Shown one piece after another: positions 31,250-39,170 of a stretch of 64,000 nucleotides of DNA. Where the stretch lies: IMG/VR virus record IMGVR_UViG_3300013621_000001; one strand, given 5' to 3'. The notes under the pieces are model-generated. The model was not told the origin of the DNA, searched no databases, and saw only the letters and a list, made by a program, of their open reading frames with translations. This stretch comes from an uncultured virus (IMG/VR IMGVR_UViG_3300013621_000001). Its lineage: Duplodnaviria; Heunggongvirae; Uroviricota; Caudoviricetes. How positions within the stretch are numbered: position 1 is the first letter of the stretch; every line of letters starts with the position of its first letter. Made by a program: the position numbers and the translations under genes.

Positions 31250-31788
31250 TGCAAGCGGCCTTGGCACGTGGCCATTTCCCACTGCCGGCGATCGATGATG
31301 CCGCCGCACTTCGCGCCCCACTGTGGCAGCGCGCAGTCGCGCTTCGCGCCACCGATCGTGACGTAGCGCCACTTCCACATCTCAGCGCATGCAGGCAGGC
31401 GCTCGCCGGCGTTGAGCCGCTTCGCCGCGGTGCTGGCACAGAATGCCGGCGTGCCGATGTTGTAGGCGAAGTGGCCCCAGGCCTTGATCTCGTGGAACTC
31501 AAACTCACCGCGGACGCACTGCCCCATGTGGCGCAGCATGGTCTGCACGTAGGCCGTTTCCAGCCTGGTGCATTCCTCGTCGGTGTAGCGCTTGCCCTTC
31601 ACCACCGCCGGGCCGGTGATGCCGGCGCAGACAGTCAGGATGCCGGCCGAGTCGTAGTACGGGGTGTAGCGGCGCCCTTCATGAGCCGAGTCGTTCGTGC
31701 CCAGGGCGGCGACCAAGGCGCCGATCAGCGCTAGCGGTGCTGCGGTGAAGCCGACGCGTTGCTTGGTGCTGAGCTTGGCGTCAGCCAC
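31246..31788 (-). CDS. SAR-type endolysin (GH24 lysozyme), 180 aa
   Basis: E-X8-D-X5-T triad (HEGRRYTPYYDSAGILT), AYNIG..AFC.ST motif, weakly hydrophobic N-terminal anchor. Confidence 0.88.
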   Translation of the reverse strand: MADAKLSTKQRVGFTAAPLALIGALVAALGTNDSAHEGRRYTPYYDSAGILTVCAGITGPAVVKGKRYTDEECTRLETAYVQTMLRHMGQCVRGEFEFHEIKAWGHFAYNIGTPAFCASTAAKRLNAGERLPACAEMWKWRYVTIGGAKRDCALPQWGAKCGGIIDRRQWEMATCQGRLQ

Positions 31789-32035
31789 GGCGGCGGATCC
31801 ACGCCCAGAGTCGCCTGGCGTTGCCCATGCGAGCGGTCCACCAGGCCGACCAGTCACCCCAGTTCTTCACCATGACGGTGAACGTCTGGACGATGGTGAA
31901 GATGATCGTGCCGATCAGCGCCCAGTCGCTCAGGGTGTAGCCCGGCGAGTAGGTCGCAGCGGTGACGCTCACGGCCGCCCCGATCTTCGAACCTGCGACC
32001 GCCAGGTCCGTTGTGATCTGCTCTTTGATGCTCAC
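31781..32035 (-). CDS. Holin, 84 aa
   Basis: Small, with hydrophobic segments and a basic C-terminus, directly upstream of the endolysin; GGGGA RBS, GTG start. Confidence 0.7.
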   Translation of the reverse strand: MSIKEQITTDLAVAGSKIGAAVSVTAATYSPGYTLSDWALIGTIIFTIVQTFTVMVKNWGDWSAWWTARMGNARRLWAWIRRRG

Positions 32036-32057
32036 CGCGGTTCCCCCAATGAAAGGA

Positions 32058-32164
32058 GGCCGGCATGGCCCACCACTACCGCGGTTGCAAGGTCGCGCGG
32101 ACACCAGCGGCGCGTCTCACGACGGCCTATGTGCTGGCTTGAGTGGTGGCCATGACTACCGGCC
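32058..32164 (-). ncRNA. Candidate structured RNA (three-way junction) between tRNA and holin
   Basis: Pairings visible by eye: GGCCGG/CCGGCC, CAUGGC-CACCACU/AGUGGUG-GCCAUG, CCAGC/GCUGG enclosing CGUC-GUGA-GACG, and CCGCG/CGCGG. Confidence 0.45.
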
Positions 32165-32167
32165 GTT

Positions 32168-32244
32168 TGGTAGCGGGAGGTGGATTCGAACCACCGACCT
32201 CGTGGTTATGAGCCACGCGAGCTGCCGGACTGCTCTACCCCGCA
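32168..32244 (-). tRNA. tRNA-Met(CAT), initiator-like, 77 nt with encoded CCA
   Basis: Full cloverleaf; anticodon loop CTCATAA; TTCGAAT T-loop; 1:72 mismatch and A11:U24. Confidence 0.92.
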
Positions 32245-32303
32245 AACAAGAAGGCCGCTGATCAACCAGTGGACTCCCACGTCCTGGTCAATCAACGGCC
32301 TTT
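32245..32303 (-). terminator. tR'-like intrinsic terminator in the late leader
   Basis: Long imperfect hairpin AAGGCCG...CGGCCTT followed by CUUGUUU on the minus strand. Confidence 0.55.
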
Positions 32304-32338
32304 GAATGGTGGCGCCCACAAGAACGCCCACTGTGGGA

Positions 32339-32408
32339 ATTCAAACCTACTTTCGGTTCCCGAGGCAACTGCGGTTCCTCATGAGGAAGAAATCTTCCTC
32401 ATGAGGAA
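32339..32408 (-). promoter_or_regulatory. Putative late promoter region with tandem 14-bp palindromes
   Basis: TTCCTCATGAGGAA at 32375-32388 and 32395-32408; TTGCCT (-35-like) at 32363-32368; the -10 is ambiguous. Confidence 0.5.
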
Positions 32409-32417
32409 CTACTGAGG

Positions 32418-32762
32418 TCATCTGGATGAACAAAACAACGCGGAGTGTTCATCACAAAGCGCCCTATAGGCGTCAATCATTCCGAAGGTGATGGAACATC
32501 CAATGGCCAAGGCCATGACAGCCCCAACGATGGACCTGAATCGACTATTGGTGAGTGTTTCAGCGAAATTCCAAGCCGCTATCGCTCCGAAACAAAGGGC
32601 GAACGCCGCAACTGCGACGGCCATGAGCCAATTCACCAGTTGAACGATTTGCGCACCTCGGGAGTCGCCGAAGGTGCGTGTAGATAGGTAAAGCGCGATA
32701 GCTGCCAACGCAGAAGCAAGGACGACTCTCTCTGCCAGCTCCTTCCAAGGATCCTTTTCCAC
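32418..32762 (-). CDS. Membrane protein (about 3 TM), moron-like, 114 aa
   Basis: Three hydrophobic stretches; lower GC; AAGGGGG RBS, GTG start. Confidence 0.6.
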   Translation of the reverse strand: MEKDPWKELAERVVLASALAAIALYLSTRTFGDSRGAQIVQLVNWLMAVAVAAFALCFGAIAAWNFAETLTNSRFRSIVGAVMALAIGCSITFGMIDAYRALCDEHSALFCSSR

Positions 32763-32840
32763 GCGTCCCCCTTATGGACCAATGCCCTAACAAACATTAA
32801 CAAATGTGATAATCCCGGCCAATACAGGGAGGGTGTCGCA

Positions 32841-33335
32841 ATGGTTGAGACCGTACTGGGCATGACCGATCTTCAGATCAAGCTCTTCACTGCGATCGGG
32901 CAGATACTCGTCGCTGCTGCAGTCGGTTTGATCGCGTGGCGACAATGGAGAACTGCGCAGCAGCAAGCAGATACTGCGCGCAAGAAGCTGGTGCTTGACC
33001 TGTTCGATCGCCGAATCGGGCTCTTCGAACAGCTCGAGGAACTGCTCTCAGAGCTGGAGAAGAAAACGAACCCACACCTGACGTACGTCCAGATCCACTA
33101 CCTCACCGGGAAGATGGCCTGGACGTTCGGCCCTGTCTTGGTGCACCAGTTTGAGCGCGATGTGCTGCCGGCGTTTAGCGACTATCTGAATGCAGATGAC
33201 GCCGTCCAGCTTGCAAGATCGGAGGAGGAACGAACGCAGGCAAGAGAGCGCCTACTCCATGCGATGGAAGAACTCCCGGCTGCCTGGTCCAGGCTCCGGG
33301 GGATATTCAGCAACTCGTTGACGCTGCTCGACTAG
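32841..33335 (+). CDS. Single-TM moron protein, 164 aa
   Basis: Counter-oriented; GGAGG RBS; extended -10 TGTGATAAT at 32805-32813; TM followed by KLVLDLFDRR. Confidence 0.72.
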   Translation: MVETVLGMTDLQIKLFTAIGQILVAAAVGLIAWRQWRTAQQQADTARKKLVLDLFDRRIGLFEQLEELLSELEKKTNPHLTYVQIHYLTGKMAWTFGPVLVHQFERDVLPAFSDYLNADDAVQLARSEEERTQARERLLHAMEELPAAWSRLRGIFSNSLTLLD

Positions 33336-34255
33336 TACGACCACATCGCCATTCGGAAGCCTAGGCGCCCGCCATGTAGAGCTTCCTGCAGGACGGCGCT
33401 GGCGCATTTGTGGGCCTTGATGTAATTGCCCTTGCGCATCTTGGCGGACTTGGCCAGGCCGGCGAACGGCTGCCGCCGTTCTGGCCACACGAGCTCATGG
33501 GCTGCGTCATAGATCACCAGGCGCAGGCGCCAACGATCGGCCGGTTTGCCGAGATCCAGCGGCCGCGGCCGCATTGCACGCACGTCCTTGGCCACCTGAC
33601 GATAGGCAGCGAGGGAGAGCCGTGCGATCGCGGCGGGGCCCATCCTCGTCGCTACGGCGAGCGCGGTGTGCTTCTCCAGCGGATTGCGCATGTAGCCGAC
33701 CGCGCCGGCGATGTCGCTGCTGCCCAGCGGCGCCAAGGTGCTGCGGCCCTCAACGGGCATTCGGTAGCTCCCGCCGACCAGTAGCCGCGACAGCAGCTCC
33801 AGGACGTCGCCCTTGCCCTCGTCGTCGAATCCATCCGGGGCTGCGCCGCGGCGCCGCTGGCCTGCACTGTCGTCCGCCGCCGCTGGAAGAACGGGCGCAC
33901 GGCGGCACCAGGCATCCAGCGCCGCCGCCAGAGCGCCGGCGGGATCCGGACCAACGAACACTGCTGAGGATGCCCCGCAGCTGCAGCACTGAATCTGTGC
34001 ACCGCGGGGGAACAGGCCCGCCGCGGCGGTGCCGCACCGGCCGCACTGGAGAGGTGCTGCGCTATCAAATACGCCGGTTCGCGGACCGCACCGCTGGCAC
34101 TGGAACTGCACAGGCTGTGACTCGCGGGCGGGCCAGCACACCCTGGCCCTGCCATTGCAGTTGGCGCAGGAGGGGATCCTCTTCTTTTCGAGGAAAGCCA
34201 CCTCGAGCTCGCGCGCGGCTGCGAGCGCGTTGGTACCGACTGCAGTTTCGTTCAT
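33332..34255 (-). CDS. Putative late-gene regulator (Q position) with N-terminal multi-CxxC domain, 307 aa
   Basis: Last early gene before the late region; four CxxC pairs then LDAWCRRA; helical C-terminal domain. Confidence 0.55.
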   Translation of the reverse strand: MNETAVGTNALAAARELEVAFLEKKRIPSCANCNGRARVCWPARESQPVQFQCQRCGPRTGVFDSAAPLQCGRCGTAAAGLFPRGAQIQCCSCGASSAVFVGPDPAGALAAALDAWCRRAPVLPAAADDSAGQRRRGAAPDGFDDEGKGDVLELLSRLLVGGSYRMPVEGRSTLAPLGSSDIAGAVGYMRNPLEKHTALAVATRMGPAAIARLSLAAYRQVAKDVRAMRPRPLDLGKPADRWRLRLVIYDAAHELVWPERRQPFAGLAKSAKMRKGNYIKAHKCASAVLQEALHGGRLGFRMAMWSY

Positions 34256-35079
34256 GACGTCTGTTCCTGGATCTTCTTTGCAGCAGCTGCAGCGCGCGCC
34301 TCGCGCGCCTGGGTCAGCACCTGGGCATAGGCCTCCGGGTGTTGGTCCTCGAAAGCCGGCAGGGTCCCGCGGGCCCACTTCCCACCGCCGAGCTGCTTCA
34401 GCCATCCGTCGGTCGCACAGAAGCGGCGCGGATCCACGCCATGGGCCCGGACACCCTTCGCCGTCGTGAAACCATCGAGCTCGAGATCGGCCAGCACCTT
34501 CAGCGCGCCGACCTTCCAGGGCGTCAACTGCAGCGGCGACGGCACACCTGCGGCAACTTTCGGCACAAACTCAGGCAATTCGCAGCGCTTAGTGGGGTTC
34601 CAGTCGAACCATGCTGTGGGTCCCCACTCGCGGAGATCGCCGGATGCGCGGTCCCAGGGGGCGGCCTGGTGTAGGCCATGCTGGTGCACCTCGCGCTGAA
34701 TCTGCTGCCCGGGCTCCGTCTTCCAGCGGGCGTTGCAGCTGTCCGGGACCAGGACCTGTACGCCCAGCGCATCGAGCATCCGTGCAATGCCGTAGTTGGC
34801 TTCCGTCGTGCAGGGCACCAGCACCGCCCTGAAGTCTGGCCCCCGCTGGTCGCCGTTGCTCCAGTGCGCCGGCAGGATCTGATCGGCCACTTTGGCGTTG
34901 AGCTGCAGCTTCGCCTCGATGCCGAGCTGATGCCCAGTCGCCTTCCACACAGCCAGAATGTCGAAGCCGGCTGTCTCGGGGTAGATCTCCCAGCCGCCGG
35001 CCTCGGTCAGACAGTCGATCAGGCACGTGCACAGGGCAGCCTCCGTCGGGAACCGCGCCTTGAGCTCTGCAGGCTTCAT
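34252..35079 (-). CDS. Hypothetical protein with PD-(D/E)xK nuclease-like motif, 275 aa
   Basis: YPE...FDIL...GIEAK. Confidence 0.6.
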   Translation of the reverse strand: MKPAELKARFPTEAALCTCLIDCLTEAGGWEIYPETAGFDILAVWKATGHQLGIEAKLQLNAKVADQILPAHWSNGDQRGPDFRAVLVPCTTEANYGIARMLDALGVQVLVPDSCNARWKTEPGQQIQREVHQHGLHQAAPWDRASGDLREWGPTAWFDWNPTKRCELPEFVPKVAAGVPSPLQLTPWKVGALKVLADLELDGFTTAKGVRAHGVDPRRFCATDGWLKQLGGGKWARGTLPAFEDQHPEAYAQVLTQAREARAAAAAKKIQEQTS

Positions 35080-35414
35080 TGACCCTTCCTCGCGAAGGCC
35101 TTGGCCATGCCGTCGTACTTGACGATGTCGGTGACCAGTTGGAGGTCCTGAGCGGCGCGAGCGGCCCGCTCAGCCTCGCAGGCCGGCTCCGGCAGCGCGC
35201 GGAGATCCGCAAGCTTGGCTCGCGCCTGATTGACCTTGTCCTCGGCCCATAGCGCCTTGGTCGCGAATGGCCGCTCCTTCGCGGGGCGGTCGACCTTGGG
35301 CGGCCCTGCCGTCGAACAACGACGCTCGATCTCCCGTAACAGATCGGTGGTGGCCACCGCACTGAGATCGACTCGGGTGCCCGCCGTGTGGCCGCTGGAT
35401 CTCCAGCCGCTCAT
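35076..35414 (-). CDS. Hypothetical protein, 112 aa
   Basis: ATGA overlaps on both sides. Confidence 0.65.
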   Translation of the reverse strand: MSGWRSSGHTAGTRVDLSAVATTDLLREIERRCSTAGPPKVDRPAKERPFATKALWAEDKVNQARAKLADLRALPEPACEAERAARAAQDLQLVTDIVKYDGMAKAFARKGQ

Positions 35415-35842
35415 GCCAGCAGCACCTTGATCGGATAGTGGTGCTCGACTTCACGCTTCTTGATGCGGAATTCCTTCGTCTCCCGCCCCTTCACGTCCAC
35501 GAAATCGACACTGCCGTCGCGCAGGAACACCAGGAAGTCCAGGACGTACTTGGTGCCGCCTGGCAGGTGCATGGGTACCTGGCGCAACCAGAAGTGCACC
35601 TCACCGGCTTGCTGCCGCAGCTTCAGCTGCTCGTAGTAGCGCGCCTCGCGTTTGGAGTCGAACCGGATCCCATCCACGGTGGTGATCACGTTGCCGTACT
35701 TCGGCCGCTTCTCCACCGGTGCGGGCTGGTGGTGCTCAACTAGCCCGCGATGGGGAACACCTTGGCCAGCCTTGTGCACCAGCTGCTGCATGCCCTGCGG
35801 CATGTCCTCGATGCGGTTGTAGCGAAGGCCCCGGTTACTCAT
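35411..35842 (-). CDS. DUF1064-like endonuclease, 143 aa
   Basis: KYGN...DGIRFDSKREARYY...YVLDF...DVKG. Confidence 0.85.
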   Translation of the reverse strand: MSNRGLRYNRIEDMPQGMQQLVHKAGQGVPHRGLVEHHQPAPVEKRPKYGNVITTVDGIRFDSKREARYYEQLKLRQQAGEVHFWLRQVPMHLPGGTKYVLDFLVFLRDGSVDFVDVKGRETKEFRIKKREVEHHYPIKVLLA

Positions 35843-36378
35843 TGGCCACCGTCCTGCGGCAGACCCAGCAACCGTGCAGCGCGCGCCTCGAACGCCTCCA
35901 TCTGGCTTCGAACCCTGAGCTCGAATGCAGCATGTTCCTTGGTCACATCCGCCAGCAGTGCGGCGCACTCGGCCTGCAGGAATGCCAGGCGCTGATCCAT
36001 GGTGATCTGACGGAGCTGGGAGCCCTGCCCGGCCGCCATTGGGGCACCCACTGGTGCTGCTGCAATGCGTCCCGGTGCGGTTGGTTGAGACACCTGTGCG
36101 TGGCCAGCAGCGGCCGTCCAGGTCGGCTCGGCGCGACCGTAGCGGCGATTGGCCTTGTCCTCGCCCTGGATGACCAGCTGCTCGCCGAGCATGCCGCGAA
36201 GGATGCCGGCGACCGCGGCTGGAGTGATGGCAGCACATTCCCTGGGATGGCCCATGGCCAGGGCCAGGGTCGTCATGCCCTCGTGCACTTCCGAGGCGGT
36301 CATCGGCTCACTCGCCTGCTGCAGGGCGTACAGCACCTGTTGCCGGTGATAGATGCGCAGCTGGTCCTGGTCGATCAT
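35839..36378 (-). CDS. Hypothetical protein (winged-helix-like N-terminus), 179 aa
   Basis: ATGA overlaps on both sides. Confidence 0.65.
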   Translation of the reverse strand: MIDQDQLRIYHRQQVLYALQQASEPMTASEVHEGMTTLALAMGHPRECAAITPAAVAGILRGMLGEQLVIQGEDKANRRYGRAEPTWTAAAGHAQVSQPTAPGRIAAAPVGAPMAAGQGSQLRQITMDQRLAFLQAECAALLADVTKEHAAFELRVRSQMEAFEARAARLLGLPQDGGQ

Positions 36379-37076
36379 CGGTCCAATCCTGCTGCTGCCA
36401 TCTTGCCCGTCGCCGGCGGGTGGTCGTCGTTGCCGGGCTCTGCAGATCCCTTGCCGAAGATCTCCGCGATCTCGCGCTCAGCACGGCGGAGGGCTTCAGG
36501 GCTGGCCGGTACCGGCGTGGCCACCGCGGCCTGGCCGATAACCGCCACGGGCTCTTCCGGCAGCTTTCCGCCGCGCATCACGTATTCGCGCGCCTGGTCG
36601 TAGGCCTCGCGCAGCAGGCGATCGCTCTTGTCGGCGCTCGACGTCCGGTAGCGATGGCCGTCCAGGTACTGCCACACCAGCCGCGTGAAGCCATCCTGGC
36701 GGCCGGTGTCGTTGCGGACAGCTGCGAAGCTCGGCACACCGAGGCAGCGTAGACGGAATTCCGGCAGGGTCGGTGGCCACGGATCAGCCGAGGCGATGCT
36801 CGACCCCAGGCCGGCGGCCAGCTGCTCACCGGTGAGGCCGGCAAGGCCTTTCGCCCAGGTCGCGGCAGCGCCGCCGCTGGGATCCTCGCCGTAGGCGCTG
36901 GTCCAGCGGTAGCCGTAGATCTCAGCCATGCGCACCCACAGCGTTCGCGTAGCCCGGGCCGTCAAGGGCGCCTGTTGCGCCGGCGGCAGCGTCTGCCTCT
37001 GCAGCGGCGTCACGGAGCTCGTCTTCTTCTGCTCGACGTCGGACTCGGTCGGCAGCAGAGCCTGAATGTTCGGCAT
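36375..37076 (-). CDS. Replication protein P-like (helicase loader position), 233 aa
   Basis: M..IYG.RW.S.YG, W..GL and WPPTLPEFR..C motifs; strong GAGGGGAAGGA RBS; start overlaps the initiator gene (alternative start 36929). Confidence 0.65.
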   Translation of the reverse strand: MPNIQALLPTESDVEQKKTSSVTPLQRQTLPPAQQAPLTARATRTLWVRMAEIYGYRWTSAYGEDPSGGAAATWAKGLAGLTGEQLAAGLGSSIASADPWPPTLPEFRLRCLGVPSFAAVRNDTGRQDGFTRLVWQYLDGHRYRTSSADKSDRLLREAYDQAREYVMRGGKLPEEPVAVIGQAAVATPVPASPEALRRAEREIAEIFGKGSAEPGNDDHPPATGKMAAAGLDR

Positions 37077-37968
37077 GGTCCTTCCCCTCGGGTTTCGGTG
37101 TAACGGGCAGTGCCAGGCCTGCAGCCATCGTCTGGCGCAGGGAACGGTTGAGGTCGTGGCCATCGGCCGTGAGCTGGCGGAACCGCGGCTGCAGCTCCAA
37201 CCAGCTGCTGATCGTCATCGGCTTTCCCAGCACGCGGCGGTGCCGCACGAACCTGGCCAGGACCTGCGGGTCCAAACCGGGCGGCAAACGCGGGATGCCC
37301 ATCAACTCGCGATTGACCTCGTCGGCGCTGAGCTGCGGCACCATCGCTTCGTCGCCGCGCGCATGCGCGTTTGACGATTCAATGACCTTTACTGACCTTT
37401 CATGACCTTTAGGGTCCGTCTCGCGGACCGGTTGAGTACGCGAGACGGACCGGTCAGGTTCGCCAGACGTACCGGTCGAGTCCGGGAGACACACCGGTCG
37501 GTCTCCCGTACCGGTGCTTCCGGCGTACCGGTCAGCCGCTTCTGATTCGCTCGACCGGTTCGTGTCGCGGACCGGTTCGGCATTCGCACCGGTCCGCGTA
37601 GCGGACTGGTCAGCACCCTCGTTGCTCTCGGACTGGTCCGTCTGGCGAACCGGTTTGGATGCACGCCGCGGCTTCGATGCGAATGCGTTCTTGTCCAGAC
37701 GGCCAAGGTTGAGGCTGTACCGGTTGCTGTACTTCGTCCCGCCGGCGTCGCTGCCGCCACGTCGAATGGTCAGCACCTGGTTGTCTTCCAGCCACGCGAT
37801 CGCGCTGAGCAGTGCTGTCTTGCTCAGGCAGGTCTTCTCGATCAACGTGGTGAAGCCCGGGAAGGCCATGCCGAAGTCGTCTGCGTGCCACGCGATCGCC
37901 ATCAGCACCGCCTTCGCGGGCGGTGGCATCTGCAGTGGCCAGCAGAGCTTCGTGATTTCGTTGCTCAT
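36922..37968 (-). CDS. Replication initiator (O-like, N-terminal HTH), 348 aa
   Basis: AKAVLMAIAWHADD.G.AFP....L..KT.LS HTH; internal iteron array. Confidence 0.82.
   Translation of the reverse strand: MSNEITKLCWPLQMPPPAKAVLMAIAWHADDFGMAFPGFTTLIEKTCLSKTALLSAIAWLEDNQVLTIRRGGSDAGGTKYSNRYSLNLGRLDKNAFASKPRRASKPVRQTDQSESNEGADQSATRTGANAEPVRDTNRSSESEAADRYAGSTGTGDRPVCLPDSTGTSGEPDRSVSRTQPVRETDPKGHERSVKVIESSNAHARGDEAMVPQLSADEVNRELMGIPRLPPGLDPQVLARFVRHRRVLGKPMTISSWLELQPRFRQLTADGHDLNRSLRQTMAAGLALPVTPKPEGKDHAEHSGSAADRVRRRAEEDELRDAAAEADAAAGATGALDGPGYANAVGAHG
37381..37654. repeat. Phage replication origin: ACCGGT iteron array plus 3x TGACCTTT
   Basis: AC(C/T)GGT at 37427, 37449, 37471, 37493, 37510, 37527, 37554, 37571, 37588, 37605, 37632, 37649; TGACCTTT at 37383, 37393, 37403. 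Confidence 0.78.
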
Positions 37969-37986
37969 TACGCAGGCCTATCCCCG

Positions 37987-38511
37987 TTACGGGCAGCCCA
38001 CCATGACGACGGCGTTTGCCCGGCCAGGCGCGCTCCATTCGTTGGGGCTGCTGAACTGTGCGCGACCCTGTCCATGGACGGCACCTGAGCGCGGCTCCGG
38101 CGCGGGCGTGTTGAGACGTTCCAGCTGGCTCGCGACGCGCTCGGAGGCGGCTGCACACTGCGCCTGGGCGTCGAGCAGCTGCTGCATCAGCTCCTGCCGG
38201 CGGTGCTCGGTGGGGATCGGGCGGACCTCATAGCCAAGATCCGCGGCCATGGCCAGGAAGAGCTGGTGCCGGCCGAAGCGGCGCATCAGCGCCCACAGCT
38301 CGCCGATCTTGAAGAACTCGGCCTTGTTCGGGTTGAGGCAGCTGTTGAACTTGGCAACGGCGCTGGTCCAGTCCTTCAGCTTCTCCTGGTCCCAGAAGCC
38401 GTTGTCCAGCAGGAACTGAATCATCGCGTTGCGGGTGTGTGCGTCGACATCGCACGTGGCCTTCAGGGCCGCCAGCGCGTCCTGCAGCCAGGTTTCATCG
38501 ATCCAGGGCAT
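37987..38511 (-). CDS. CII-like regulatory protein, 174 aa
   Basis: CLNP.K..F motif; located between cro and the initiator; GAGGA RBS. Confidence 0.6.
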   Translation of the reverse strand: MPWIDETWLQDALAALKATCDVDAHTRNAMIQFLLDNGFWDQEKLKDWTSAVAKFNSCLNPNKAEFFKIGELWALMRRFGRHQLFLAMAADLGYEVRPIPTEHRRQELMQQLLDAQAQCAAASERVASQLERLNTPAPEPRSGAVHGQGRAQFSSPNEWSAPGRANAVVMVGCP

Positions 38512-38619
38512 GGGAGTCCTCGGGTGTTGGAGGATCCGCGCGAGGGGTGCAATTTACGCGCGGACAAACTTATGAACGGGTGGCAGAATCGCTTTGCGTT
38601 ACCAACCAAGGAGAAAGGC

Positions 38620-39015
38620 ATGACCCCTAGTGAGCTTGAGCAACGCCTTGCGACGTACGACGAAAAAATCGCTTCCCTTGAAAGGGAGGTGATGGCAACG
38701 GAAACCCTCGTCCAGCTGCTTATTGGCAGTCATCACGAACCATCGGTTCTCCTTTCCTACGTTCAGGCGACCATCCAAACAGCGCGGACAAAAAACGTCG
38801 CAGCCAGCAAGCGCGCCGCACTCGACCGGGTGATTGCACGGCTTGAGGATGTCGAGAAGAAGGTTCAGGCGGCGAAGGACGATAGGGAGCGCACCCGTCA
38901 GAACGCGGCGGTGGAATTGCAGCGGCAACGGGCTGCCCAAGAAGTACAGCGGCGTGAGGCACAGGCGGCACGCGATCGGGAAGATGACGACCATTCCCCT
39001 GGCATGGGCATGTGA
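38620..39015 (+). CDS. Counter-oriented coiled-coil hypothetical protein, 131 aa
   Basis: AAGGAG RBS; possible extended -10 TGGCAGAAT at 38581. Confidence 0.65.
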   Translation: MTPSELEQRLATYDEKIASLEREVMATETLVQLLIGSHHEPSVLLSYVQATIQTARTKNVAASKRAALDRVIARLEDVEKKVQAAKDDRERTRQNAAVELQRQRAAQEVQRREAQAARDREDDDHSPGMGM

Positions 39016-39170
39016 TCGGCTGATCCTGTTTCGCGACAATTCCGCGCGCGGTGGATTCCTGTAGCGCGCGCACTTGGCGTTCCAGCGCACCAATGCGCTG
39101 GAGCGCTGCGGTTATGACAGTTGGTGTGGTTGGTGGCAGCGGGCCTGCCCGACCGCGCGTCTGATACCCG

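Noticed and set aside
32418..33335. AB toxin genes in the stx-equivalent position
   Set aside because: The proteins are small membrane proteins with no toxin motifs
37427..37654. CRISPR-like array
   Set aside because: Repeats are 6-bp cores inside a coding gene with 11-21 bp gaps and there are no cas genes; iterons fit better
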